The notes under the pieces: model-generated
Told to the model about the DNA's origin: nothing
What the model saw: the letters and a program-made list of their open reading frames with translations, nothing else
Databases searched by the model: none
Shown: piece after piece, positions 45,800 through 54,117 of the stretch
Position numbering within the stretch: the first letter of the stretch is position 1
Layout: every line of letters starts with the position of its first letter
Program-made: the position numbers and the translations under genes
Source: Armatimonadota bacterium
GTDB taxonomy: Bacteria > Armatimonadota > SYMT01
Reading direction: 5' to 3'
Assembly (NCBI GenBank): GCA_046292385.1
Contig: JBKBRF010000028.1
Coordinates: 30,305-94,304 of the forward strand
DNA: 64,000 nucleotides

Positions 45800-47526
45800 T
45801 CCTGCAGCAGCTCAACCGCGACGCGGACGCCCTGGTCGATCTCCCGCCGCCCGGCTACGACCGCAAGCCGGTCAAGTGGGTCGTCCACCTCGACTCCGCA
45901 GGTACGGCAGACTGGCCTCCGGGCCGGCTTTCCGGGGTGGAAGGGGGCGATCAGGGGAAGGAGATGCTGATTCCTTATCGGAATCGCGCCGGCATCAAAG
46001 CTCCCCCCATTCTGCTGGCCGACAAGCGGTCCTTTACCTGGGGTCTTGAGGTAGATGGGCCACGTGCGGCAGGGGAGCATGAGCGCTACCTGGAGTTGCT
46101 GGAGCGGTGTGCACGTGACACGGGAAACGCCGATGTCGCGGCGGTCGTCGCTTTCCTCCGCTCCTGGAACGCGAATGCGACTCCGCTGCCGGCTGACTTC
46201 GCGGGTGGGGACAGGACCATCTTCCTTGTGGATGGTCGCAGTCCGATAGCTGATACAGCGGTTCAAGCCTTCTGGGCGCGGGAGGTATCTGGCGAGGAGA
46301 CGGATGCAGTAGTTGGCCACTGCACGGTTTGCGGGCTTCACACTAGCTTGGCCAGGCGGCTCCCAATTCCACTAATGGGGCTGCCAGCACGAGCCGGTGG
46401 CGTGCAGATGGTTTCGGGTGATCTTCGAACTGCCGAGTCATTCGGTCTTGCGGAAGCCCTGTCCGCGCAGATCTGCTCCACTTGTGCGGAGCGTGCCGCG
46501 AAGGCTGCAAACGCTCTGATTGCAGGTGACAACACACACTTGCACATTGGAGCGACTACTTATCTCTTCTGGGCTCCGAAGTCAGACTTTGATGTCGTGA
46601 CGTTCCTCAGCGATCCCGACCCGGGCGAGGTGAAGCTGCTCCTGACCTCCCCATGGCGTTCAGGGGAATTCGTGGAGCTGGACGATAGTCCTTTCCACGC
46701 GGTCGCAGTAACGGTTTACATCGCGCGCCTGGCTTTCCGGAGCTACCTGGACACCACTGTCGGCGAAGTTCAGAAGAGCCTTGGCACCTGGTTTTCCAGT
46801 TTAGAGATGGTTTCTCCGGATGGCTCCGACGGAACGCCCCTGGGGATCAAACGAATCCTCCGTGCACTCTACTTTCGTCAGCTTGAACGAATCGACTTTC
46901 GTAAGGAACAGGAGCGGCTGCTGCAGCCAGCCACCACTGCTCTCGTGGATGCAGCACTCTCGGGAAGATCTCTGCCGCCGTGGCTCCTTCATCTGGCAGT
47001 ACAGCGGTGCCGATTTGAACGAGATGTCACCTATCCACGCGCTGCGTTGATCCGTGCAGCGTTACCTGACCTGGGAGGAAACACCTTGCCTGGCCTGAAT
47101 CCCGACCATCCGGACGCTGCGTACCAATGCGGTCGGCTACTCGCGCTCTTTGAGCAAATACAGCTTACGCCGCCAACGCGCGGCGGTCGCCCGCGTCAGA
47201 TTCGGACCACCGTCGCCAACCGGTGCTATGGCGGCGCTTCAACTTCCCCGCGGTACGTGCTCGGCTCGCTCGAGCGACTCGCTCGGGCACACCTCGGCCA
47301 GATGCGGTCTGGAAACAAGGGTGCCTATGAGGCACTCGACCGCCGGCTCGAAGAGATTCACAGTCGCCTAGAAGGCAACTTTCCGGCCTGTTTGACTGCA
47401 GAGGGACAAGCGCTCTTCGCCCTTGGTTTTTACCATGAGCGTGCGGACAGCCGGCGAGCCGTGCAGGAAGCCGTCGCCGCGCGAAACGCCGGTGATCAGG
47501 ATGATGCGGAAGGAGACCAGGAATGA
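45796..47526 (+). CDS. cas8c: Type I-C large subunit Cas8c (Csd1)
   Basis: 'MILQQL' start overlapping the cas5 stop; CxxC..CxxC; 'AYQCGRLLALFEQIQ', 'QALFALGFYHE'. Confidence 0.9.
   Translation: MILQQLNRDADALVDLPPPGYDRKPVKWVVHLDSAGTADWPPGRLSGVEGGDQGKEMLIPYRNRAGIKAPPILLADKRSFTWGLEVDGPRAAGEHERYLELLERCARDTGNADVAAVVAFLRSWNANATPLPADFAGGDRTIFLVDGRSPIADTAVQAFWAREVSGEETDAVVGHCTVCGLHTSLARRLPIPLMGLPARAGGVQMVSGDLRTAESFGLAEALSAQICSTCAERAAKAANALIAGDNTHLHIGATTYLFWAPKSDFDVVTFLSDPDPGEVKLLLTSPWRSGEFVELDDSPFHAVAVTVYIARLAFRSYLDTTVGEVQKSLGTWFSSLEMVSPDGSDGTPLGIKRILRALYFRQLERIDFRKEQERLLQPATTALVDAALSGRSLPPWLLHLAVQRCRFERDVTYPRAALIRAALPDLGGNTLPGLNPDHPDAAYQCGRLLALFEQIQLTPPTRGGRPRQIRTTVANRCYGGASTSPRYVLGSLERLARAHLGQMRSGNKGAYEALDRRLEEIHSRLEGNFPACLTAEGQALFALGFYHERADSRRAVQEAVAARNAGDQDDAEGDQE
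47086..47526 (+). CDS. cas11: Internally translated small subunit Cas11c (in-frame within cas8c)
   Basis: GGAGG at 47074-47078 then in-frame TTG at 47086, just before 'LNPDHPDAAYQCGRL'; internal Cas11 translation is established for type I-C. Confidence 0.7.
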   Translation: MPGLNPDHPDAAYQCGRLLALFEQIQLTPPTRGGRPRQIRTTVANRCYGGASTSPRYVLGSLERLARAHLGQMRSGNKGAYEALDRRLEEIHSRLEGNFPACLTAEGQALFALGFYHERADSRRAVQEAVAARNAGDQDDAEGDQE

Positions 47527-48464
47527 GTAGGTATGAGATCTGCGCCGATCCGGCGCGCCGCCACGACTTCGTGCTGCTCTTCGATGTTACCGATGGCAAC
47601 CCTAACGGGGACCCGGACGCGGGGAACCTCCCGCGCGTCGATCCGGAGACGATGCAGGGGTTGGTCACCGATGTTTGCCTGAAGCGGAAGATCCGCGACT
47701 ACGTGAGCCGCGCCCGGGACGGAAATGGCGTCGGCTACGACGTTTACGTGAAGCACCGCGGCATTCTCGCGAACGAGCAGAAGCGTGCCTACCAAGCGGT
47801 GAATGCATCACCGCAGGACAGCGCCCATTCCGGTGCACAAGCGAAGATGTGCGAGCTGTACTACGACGTCCGGATGTTCGGCGCCGTGATGTCTACCGGG
47901 AAAGCTCCCGCCGCGGAAGGCAGCAAGAAGGAAGTAAAGTGGAACTGCGGTCAGGTCCGCGGGCCGATGCAGCTCACGTTCAGTCGATCGGTCGATCCGA
48001 TCACGCCTCTCGACATGAGTATCACCCGGGTCGCTCTCACGAACCCCGGCGATACGCGGAAGGAGGATGCGGACGAGGACGAGGCCGGTTCCGGGCAGAT
48101 GGGCCGCAAAGCGCTGCTACCGTATGGTCTCTACGTCGGGAGAGGCTTCTTCTCGCCCCATCTCGGCAACACGAAGGGTGGGACGGGCGTTACCCGAGAG
48201 GACCTGGAGCTGTTCTGGGATGCCCTCCAGAACATGTGGGACCTGGACCGCTCCGCGAGCCGCGGCATGCTGGCGTGCCAGGGCCTCTACGTCTTCTCGC
48301 ACGAGAACCCGCTGGGGAACGCGCCCGCGCACCGGCTCTTCAGCCGCATCCGCGCCCGGAGGAACGACGGCGTGGCCGCCCCCCGCTCCGTGGAGGACTA
48401 CGCCGTCACCGTGAACGAGGCGGACCTCCCCGCGGGGGTCACTCTCACGCGGCTCGTCGGCTAG
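47523..48464 (+). CDS. cas7: Type I-C Cas7 (Csd2)
   Basis: 'FVLLFDVTDGNPNGDPDAGNLPRVDPET', 'TDVCLKRKIR', 'DVRMFGAVM', 'GQVRGPMQ', 'MGRK'. Confidence 0.97.
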   Translation: MSRYEICADPARRHDFVLLFDVTDGNPNGDPDAGNLPRVDPETMQGLVTDVCLKRKIRDYVSRARDGNGVGYDVYVKHRGILANEQKRAYQAVNASPQDSAHSGAQAKMCELYYDVRMFGAVMSTGKAPAAEGSKKEVKWNCGQVRGPMQLTFSRSVDPITPLDMSITRVALTNPGDTRKEDADEDEAGSGQMGRKALLPYGLYVGRGFFSPHLGNTKGGTGVTREDLELFWDALQNMWDLDRSASRGMLACQGLYVFSHENPLGNAPAHRLFSRIRARRNDGVAAPRSVEDYAVTVNEADLPAGVTLTRLVG

Positions 48465-48517
48465 TTAGCGCCCGGGCGGAGGCCGACGCCTCCGCCCACT
48501 GCACCCGGGAGCGCGCC

Positions 48518-49156
48518 ATGTGGGCCGACGACGACCTGGTGATGATCTCCGCGCTGGAGCACTACTCCTACTGCCCCCGCCAGTGCGGCCTGATCCACGT
48601 GGAGCAGGTGTTCGACGAGAACGTCTTCACCCTCCGCGGTCGGCGGGCGCACGAGCGGGCGCACGAGGCGGTCTCCCGGATGGAAGACGGCGTGCGGGTG
48701 GAGCGCGGGCTGCCGCTCTGGAGCGACCGCCTGGGGCTGGTCGGCGTGGCCGACGTGGTGGAGCTGCGGCCGGACGGCACCGTCTACCCGGTGGAGTACA
48801 AGCACGGCGCGCGGCGGCAGACCCGGCACGACGCCCTCCAGCTCTGCGCGCAGGCGCTCTGCCTGGAAGAGATGCTGCGCGTGCCGGTGCCGCTGGGGGC
48901 GATCTTCTCCCACGGCTCCCGCCGGCGGCGCGAGCTGGCGCTCACCCCGGAGCTGCGGGCGGAGACGGAGCAGGCGGTGCGCGACGTGCGCGCCATGCTG
49001 CGCCGGGGCGCCCTGCCGCCGGCGGTGAACGATGCCCGCTGCCCGAGCTGCTCCCTGATCGACGCCTGCCTGCCGGAAGCCCTCGCCGCCGCGGCCCGGA
49101 TCGCCGCCGACCGGGTCTGGCGCCTCGACCCGCAGGAGTGCCTCGATGACGCGTGA
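48518..49156 (+). CDS. cas4: CRISPR-associated Cas4
   Basis: 'ISALEHYSYCPRQ', 'GVADVVE', 'PVEYKHG', 'QLCAQALCLEEM', 'C..CSL...C'. Confidence 0.95.
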   Translation: MWADDDLVMISALEHYSYCPRQCGLIHVEQVFDENVFTLRGRRAHERAHEAVSRMEDGVRVERGLPLWSDRLGLVGVADVVELRPDGTVYPVEYKHGARRQTRHDALQLCAQALCLEEMLRVPVPLGAIFSHGSRRRRELALTPELRAETEQAVRDVRAMLRRGALPPAVNDARCPSCSLIDACLPEALAAAARIAADRVWRLDPQECLDDA

Positions 49157-50180
49157 GCTGCTCAACACCCTCTTCGTCTCCACGCCCGGCGCGTACGTGC
49201 GGGTCGACCACGAGACGCTCTGCGTGGAGCTGGAGGGGAAGAAGGTGTTCCAGGTGCCGGTCCACCATCTCGGCGGACTGGTGCTGTTCGGCGGCGTCGG
49301 CATCTCCGGCGAGGCGCTCCGCCGCTGCGCGAAAGAGGGCCGGCAGGTGACGCTGCTGGACCACGGCGGGCGCTTCCAGGCGCGGGTGGTCGGCCCCACC
49401 AGCCGCAACGTGCTGCTCCGCAAGGCCCAGTACGAGGCGCACTGCTGCAGCCGCCGCACCCTGGAGATCGCGCGGATGATCGCCGCAGGCAAGCTGCGCA
49501 ACAGCCGCGGGGTGCTGGTTCGCGCCGCCCGCGAGGCTCACCGTCCCGGGGCGGCGGACCGCCTCCGGGAGGCAGCGGCCCAGTGCGCCCTCCTGCTGGA
49601 GGGGATGGAGGAGGCGTCGTCGCTGGACCAGCTGCGGGGTCACGAGGGGCAGGTCGCCGCCCTCTACTTCGGCGCGTTCGGCGAGATGCTCGGAGTTCCG
49701 ACGGAGGAGTTCGCCTTCCGCCACCGCACCCGCCGCCCGCCGCGAGATCGGGTGAACGCGCTGCTCTCCTTCCTCTACACGCTCCTCACCGCCGACTGCG
49801 TGGCCGCCATCGAGGGCGTGGGCCTCGACCCGCAGTTCGGCTACCTGCACGCGCTGCGTCCCGGCCGCCCGGCGCTGGCGCTCGACCTGGTAGAGGAGTT
49901 CCGCGCGCCGGTCGCCGACCGCCTCGTCCTCACACTGATCAACCGCCGGCAGGTGCGCCCGGAGCACTTCGAGGAGCGCCCCGGCGGCAGCGCCACCCTG
50001 ACGGCGGAAGGCCGCAAGCTGGTCCTCGCCGCCTACCAGCGCCGGAAGCAGGACGAGGTGCCGCACCCGCTCTTCGGGCAGCCGGTGCCGCTCGGCCTGG
50101 CGCCGCACCTGCAGGCGCGTCTCCTGGCCCGGCATCTCCGCGGCGAGCTGCTCCACTACCCGCCCTACGTCCACCGCTGA
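49146..50180 (+). CDS. cas1: Type I-C Cas1
   Basis: 'LLNTLFV', 'NVLLRKAQY', 'RGHEG..A..YF', 'RRPPRD.VNALLSFLY', 'GYLH..RPGRPALALDLVEEFR'. Confidence 0.97.
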   Translation: MTRELLNTLFVSTPGAYVRVDHETLCVELEGKKVFQVPVHHLGGLVLFGGVGISGEALRRCAKEGRQVTLLDHGGRFQARVVGPTSRNVLLRKAQYEAHCCSRRTLEIARMIAAGKLRNSRGVLVRAAREAHRPGAADRLREAAAQCALLLEGMEEASSLDQLRGHEGQVAALYFGAFGEMLGVPTEEFAFRHRTRRPPRDRVNALLSFLYTLLTADCVAAIEGVGLDPQFGYLHALRPGRPALALDLVEEFRAPVADRLVLTLINRRQVRPEHFEERPGGSATLTAEGRKLVLAAYQRRKQDEVPHPLFGQPVPLGLAPHLQARLLARHLRGELLHYPPYVHR

Positions 50181-50194
50181 CCCGGAGCCCGGCC

Positions 50195-50485
50195 ATAAAC
50201 CTGCTGGTCTGCTACGACGTGAACACCCAGAGCGAGACGGGCCAGAAGCGCCTTCGCCGCGTGGCGCTCGTCTGCCAGGATTACGGCCAGCGGGTCCAGT
50301 ACTCCGTCTTCGAGTGCACCCTCTCCGAGACGAAGCTGGAGCGGTTCCGCCAGCGCCTCCTGAAAGAGATCGACCCGGAGCGAGACAGCCTGCGTCTCTA
50401 CTACCTCGGCTCCGACCGAGACGCCGTCGTCGAAAGCCACGGCCGGGACCGGTACGTCGACTTCACCGGCCCGATCATCCTCTGA
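50195..50485 (+). CDS. cas2: CRISPR-associated Cas2 (apparent non-canonical ATA start)
   Basis: '(I)NLLVCYDV...G.KRLRRVA..C.DYGQRVQYSVFEC', 'DSLRLY'; 96 codons from ATA at 50195; GGAG 7 nt upstream. Confidence 0.92.
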   Translation: MNLLVCYDVNTQSETGQKRLRRVALVCQDYGQRVQYSVFECTLSETKLERFRQRLLKEIDPERDSLRLYYLGSDRDAVVESHGRDRYVDFTGPIIL

Positions 50486-50636
50486 GCCGGAGCAGGACTC
50501 CCCCTGCGCGGACCCGAAGCTCTGAACCGTCAGGCAGCAGGACCGCGCTACCCCGCACGGCCGGCCGCCCCGACCCCGGAGGCAACTCCGGGTGCGGCCC
50601 GCTCCCGAACGCGCCCTCCGCGTGCCTGGACGGACC
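50486..50636 (+). promoter_or_regulatory. CRISPR leader
   Basis: Non-coding 151 bp between cas2 and the first repeat; the degenerate repeat is at the opposite end of the array. Confidence 0.7.
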
Positions 50637-51681
50637 GTCGCACCCGCCCTCACCGGCGGGTGAGGATTGAAACAGCCACCTGGACGGCATCACTCCCCGC
50701 GACTGGTTGTCGCACCCGCCCTCACCGGCGGGTGAGGATTGAAACATCGCCGTGTCAGTCATCGCCCGAGCACGGCGGGGTCGCACCCGCCCTCACCGGC
50801 GGGTGAGGATTGAAACCGGATGCGCCCGCAGAGCCCGGAGGAGATCCAGGCGTCGCACCCGCCCTCACCGGCGGGTGAGGATTGAAACGATCACGACGGC
50901 GAGCCCGTGGGGCGCGTCCACCGTCGCACCCGCCCTCACCGGCGGGTGAGGATTGAAACACCGTGCGGGTGTTGTCGAGCTTGTGGCCGAGCTGGTCGCA
51001 CCCGCCCTCACCGGCGGGTGAGGATTGAAACCTCGAAGCGCTCAACGAGGACCTGGAGACGGTGAAGTCGCACCCGCCCTCACCGGCGGGTGAGGATTGA
51101 AACACCAACACCCGCTCCCCCTGCGGCGTGACGTGGACCGTCGCACCCGCCCTCACCGGCGGGTGAGGATTGAAACGCTTCCATGCGGATCAGCGACTCC
51201 CGCAGGAGTTGTCGCACCCGCCCTCACCGGCGGGTGAGGATTGAAACCGTCGCTGGGCCAGTCCGAAATACTGAGCGTCCAGGTCGCACCCGCCCTCACC
51301 GGCGGGTGAGGATTGAAACTGGAGCTCGAAGGCCCAGCGCGCCTGATCCGACATGTCGCACCCGCCCTCACCGGCGGGTGAGGATTGAAACCGCATCACC
51401 GAATAGGTGTCGCCCGACTGCGTAACGTCGCACCCGCCCTCACCGGCGGGTGAGGATTGAAACAAGCGTCGCGTCGGCATGGCGAGCGCCGTGGGCCGGG
51501 TCGCACCCGCCCTCACCGGCGGGTGAGGATTGAAACCGCGGCGTCAACCGGCACGGGCAGCTCCAGCCCGGCGTCGCACCCGCCCTCACCGGCGGGTGAG
51601 GATTGAAACAGGTCGAAGGTCGCCCCGGTCAGGTAGAGCGGGTAGTCGCACCGGCCCTCACCGGCGGGTGAGGATTGAAAT
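50637..51681 (+). CRISPR. Type I-C CRISPR array: 15 repeats of 37 bp (GTCGCACCCGCCCTCACCGGCGGGTGAGGATTGAAAC), 14 spacers of 34-36 bp
   Basis: Repeats start at 50637, 50709, 50780, 50852, 50923, 50995, 51067, 51140, 51211, 51283, 51355, 51427, 51500, 51573 and 51645; the last has 2 substitutions; ATTGAAAC 3' end. Confidence 0.99.
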
Positions 51682-51684
51682 GCG

Positions 51685-52485
51685 TTAGCGGCCTTTGCGC
51701 CAGTCGCTGCCGGCGAGGATGCCGCCGTCTACGGCGATGACCTGCCCGGTGATGAAGTCCGCCGCGGGGGAGCAGAGGAAGACGGCGGCGCCGGCCAGCT
51801 CTTCCGGCTCTCCGAAGCGGCCGGCGGGGGTGCGGCTGAGCACCCAGTCGTAGCGGGGGCGGAAGTCGGGATTCTCCTTGAGCGGCTGCGTCAGCTCCGT
51901 GGTGATCCAGCCCGGGGCGATGGCGTTCACCTGGACGTTGTGGTCCGCCCACTCCACCGCCAGAAGCTTCGTGAGCTGCTGGAGTGCCGCCTTGGTGGCG
52001 CTGTAGGCGGGAACGGTCGGCAGCCCGAGGAAGGCGGTCATGGAGGTGATGTTCAGGATCTTGCCCCGGCCCCGCTCCACCATCCCCCGCCCCACCGCCT
52101 GGGTCAGGAAGAAGGCGCCGCGGAGGTTGGTGTCGAGGACGGTGTCCCAGGACGCGGGATCGCATTCCAGGCTCTCCTTGCGGATGTTGATCCCCGCGTT
52201 GTTCACGAGGATGTCGACCGGCCCCAGCTCTGCCTCGATCCGCGCAACGGCGGGCCCGTGCTGCTCCAGGTTGGCGACGTCCAGCGCGACGCAGAGCGCC
52301 CGCCGCCCCGCCGCGCGGGCCTCGGCCGCTACCGGCTCGAGCGTGGTCTCGTCGCGGCCGGCGAGCGCCACGTCGGCCCCCGCGCCGGCCAGGCCGAGCG
52401 CGATCGCCTTGCCGATTCCGCGGCTCGCGCCGGTTACCAGGGCGACCTTTCCGTCCAGGCGGAACTGGTTCAGGATGTCAGACAT
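51685..52485 (-). CDS. SDR oxidoreductase (gluconate 5-dehydrogenase/KduD-like)
   Basis: 'TGASRGIG', 'NNAGI', 'YSATK', 'VNAIAPG', 'ITGQVIAVDGG'. Confidence 0.9.
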   Translation of the reverse strand: MSDILNQFRLDGKVALVTGASRGIGKAIALGLAGAGADVALAGRDETTLEPVAAEARAAGRRALCVALDVANLEQHGPAVARIEAELGPVDILVNNAGINIRKESLECDPASWDTVLDTNLRGAFFLTQAVGRGMVERGRGKILNITSMTAFLGLPTVPAYSATKAALQQLTKLLAVEWADHNVQVNAIAPGWITTELTQPLKENPDFRPRYDWVLSRTPAGRFGEPEELAGAAVFLCSPAADFITGQVIAVDGGILAGSDWRKGR

Positions 52486-52498
52486 CTAGCACTCCTTC

Positions 52499-52644
52499 TA
52501 AAGGCTAAAGGCTTCTAAAGGCAAAAGGCAAAAGGCAAAAGGCTAAAGGCTTCTAAAGGCAAAAGGCAAAAGGCAAAAGGCAAAAGGCAAAAGGCAAAAG
52601 GCAAAAGGCAAAAGGCGGAAGGCTGATGGCGGAAGGCAGAAGGC
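52499..52644. repeat. AAAAGGC/TAAAGGC heptamer tandem repeat
   Basis: 8 perfect AAAAGGC copies at 52561-52616 plus degenerate flanking copies; abuts the SDR RBS on the minus strand. Confidence 0.95.
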
Positions 52645-52725
52645 GGGGGAACGGGGGAGGGCTCCCGGTGACGTAGTCGGGATTACTCTATCAGATGCGG
52701 TTGGGAGCCTTCCGGGCGGGTGGGG

Positions 52726-54117
52726 CTAGGCTTCGCCGCGGTGGGCGGTGAGGCGGTCGATCCACTGGCCGAGGCGGCCGCGGGAGTAGGCGAGGCCGTG
52801 GTAGACGGTCAGCGCCAGCCGTGCCCAGCGGACGTAGATCTCCGGGTGGCCGGTGCGGGCCGCGAGCCAGGCCAGGCGGTGGCTCCCGGCGCTGATGAGG
52901 GCGCGCATGTGGTAGATCAGCCTGCGCCGGGCGGCGATCCGGAACGTGGGCGTCACTCGCTTGCGCGGGCGGAGGCCGCGTTTGGGCCAGAGCAGCCGGT
53001 AGGCGAGGCCCTCGCGACGCTGCCGGAAGCCGGCGGCCTGCGTGCGGTGGATGAAGTCGTTGTCGACCGGCTCCAGCGCCAGCCGGCCGTCCGCGATGGC
53101 GGCGTCGACCAGCTCCGCCACCTCCCGGGAGCGCAGGACCACCACGTTGGTGCCCCGGCCGTCGGAGGAGTACGGCTCCACCCAGGCGTCGCCAAACGAG
53201 ATGTCGGCGGTCTCTGCCACCACGTCGTCGCAGTAGTTGCAGGCGGAGTACATGAAGAAGCCGGCGCCCCAGTCGCCGTCGGCGAGGTTCCACCAGTCGC
53301 GCCGCGCTTCGCTCCCGTCGCGGCGGAGGAGCTGCGCGGTGTAGGTGCTCGCAGGGCGGGAGGGGTCCTTCAGGCGGTACTCCACGCGCTGCACTTCCGC
53401 GAGCGGCACCCCGAGCTGCCAGGCGAAGCTCTCCACGAAGCGCGCGCTCTTCATGTGCCCGCAGAAGAGGCCGAGAGTGTAGGCGACTCGCTCCCGGATC
53501 ACCGGGTCTTCCCGCCGGAGGAGCTGGATCGCCTTGATGAAGCATGGCACCCCGACCACCGCGTAGCGGCCCGGCACGGCGCGGATCTGCGCCAGCACTT
53601 CGGAGAGCTCTACGGGGTAGTAGCGCGACTTGGCCCCCGCGGAGATCTCCTCGTCGGTGCGGGAGAGGCGGTACTTGAAGAAGCGGCCCTCCGCCTGCGG
53701 ATCTTCCACCGCCGCCACGTGCGCCACGCTGTCCACGCGTCCCGTCCGGAGCAGCTCCGCCAGGACCCAGCTCACCATCCCGCCGGAGCTTCCGCGGTCT
53801 CGGAACCCCGGCTCCGCCACGTAGCCCACGTAGTTGGCGCGGGCGCGTCCGGTGGAGGGGTGCGGCTCCACGTCCGGAAAGAGCTCCGCCGCCAGCTCGT
53901 CTTCGTTCCGGGCGGCGGGGGAGAACGGGCAGGTTCGGGAGAGGGTCTCCGACCGCCGCCGGCGCCACTCCGGCGGGCCGGCCGGCCGGAGCTGCCCGAA
54001 CCCGTCGAGCGTGATCAGCGCCTCCGCCGAGCCGGACTGCGCCACGCAGCTCCCGCAGCCGATGCAGAGACCGGACCGGACCACCTCTTCGGGGCTGATC
54101 GCACGGGTCTCGCTCAT
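52726..54117 (-). CDS. Coenzyme F420 hydrogenase/dehydrogenase beta-subunit-like (FrhB) protein with N-terminal 4Fe-4S
   Basis: 'CIGCGSC', 'SSGG', 'AKSRYYP', 'VGVPC', 'GLFCGH', 'CNYCDD..E.ADISFGDAW'. Confidence 0.85.
   Translation of the reverse strand: MSETRAISPEEVVRSGLCIGCGSCVAQSGSAEALITLDGFGQLRPAGPPEWRRRRSETLSRTCPFSPAARNEDELAAELFPDVEPHPSTGRARANYVGYVAEPGFRDRGSSGGMVSWVLAELLRTGRVDSVAHVAAVEDPQAEGRFFKYRLSRTDEEISAGAKSRYYPVELSEVLAQIRAVPGRYAVVGVPCFIKAIQLLRREDPVIRERVAYTLGLFCGHMKSARFVESFAWQLGVPLAEVQRVEYRLKDPSRPASTYTAQLLRRDGSEARRDWWNLADGDWGAGFFMYSACNYCDDVVAETADISFGDAWVEPYSSDGRGTNVVVLRSREVAELVDAAIADGRLALEPVDNDFIHRTQAAGFRQRREGLAYRLLWPKRGLRPRKRVTPTFRIAARRRLIYHMRALISAGSHRLAWLAARTGHPEIYVRWARLALTVYHGLAYSRGRLGQWIDRLTAHRGEA

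Noticed and set aside
50817..50851. Possible self-targeting: spacer 3 resembles the minus strand near 38162-38178 (CCGGAGGA.ATCCAGG)
   Set aside because: Only about 15 of 16 nt match and the rest of the 35-nt spacer does not, which is compatible with chance in GC-rich coding DNA.
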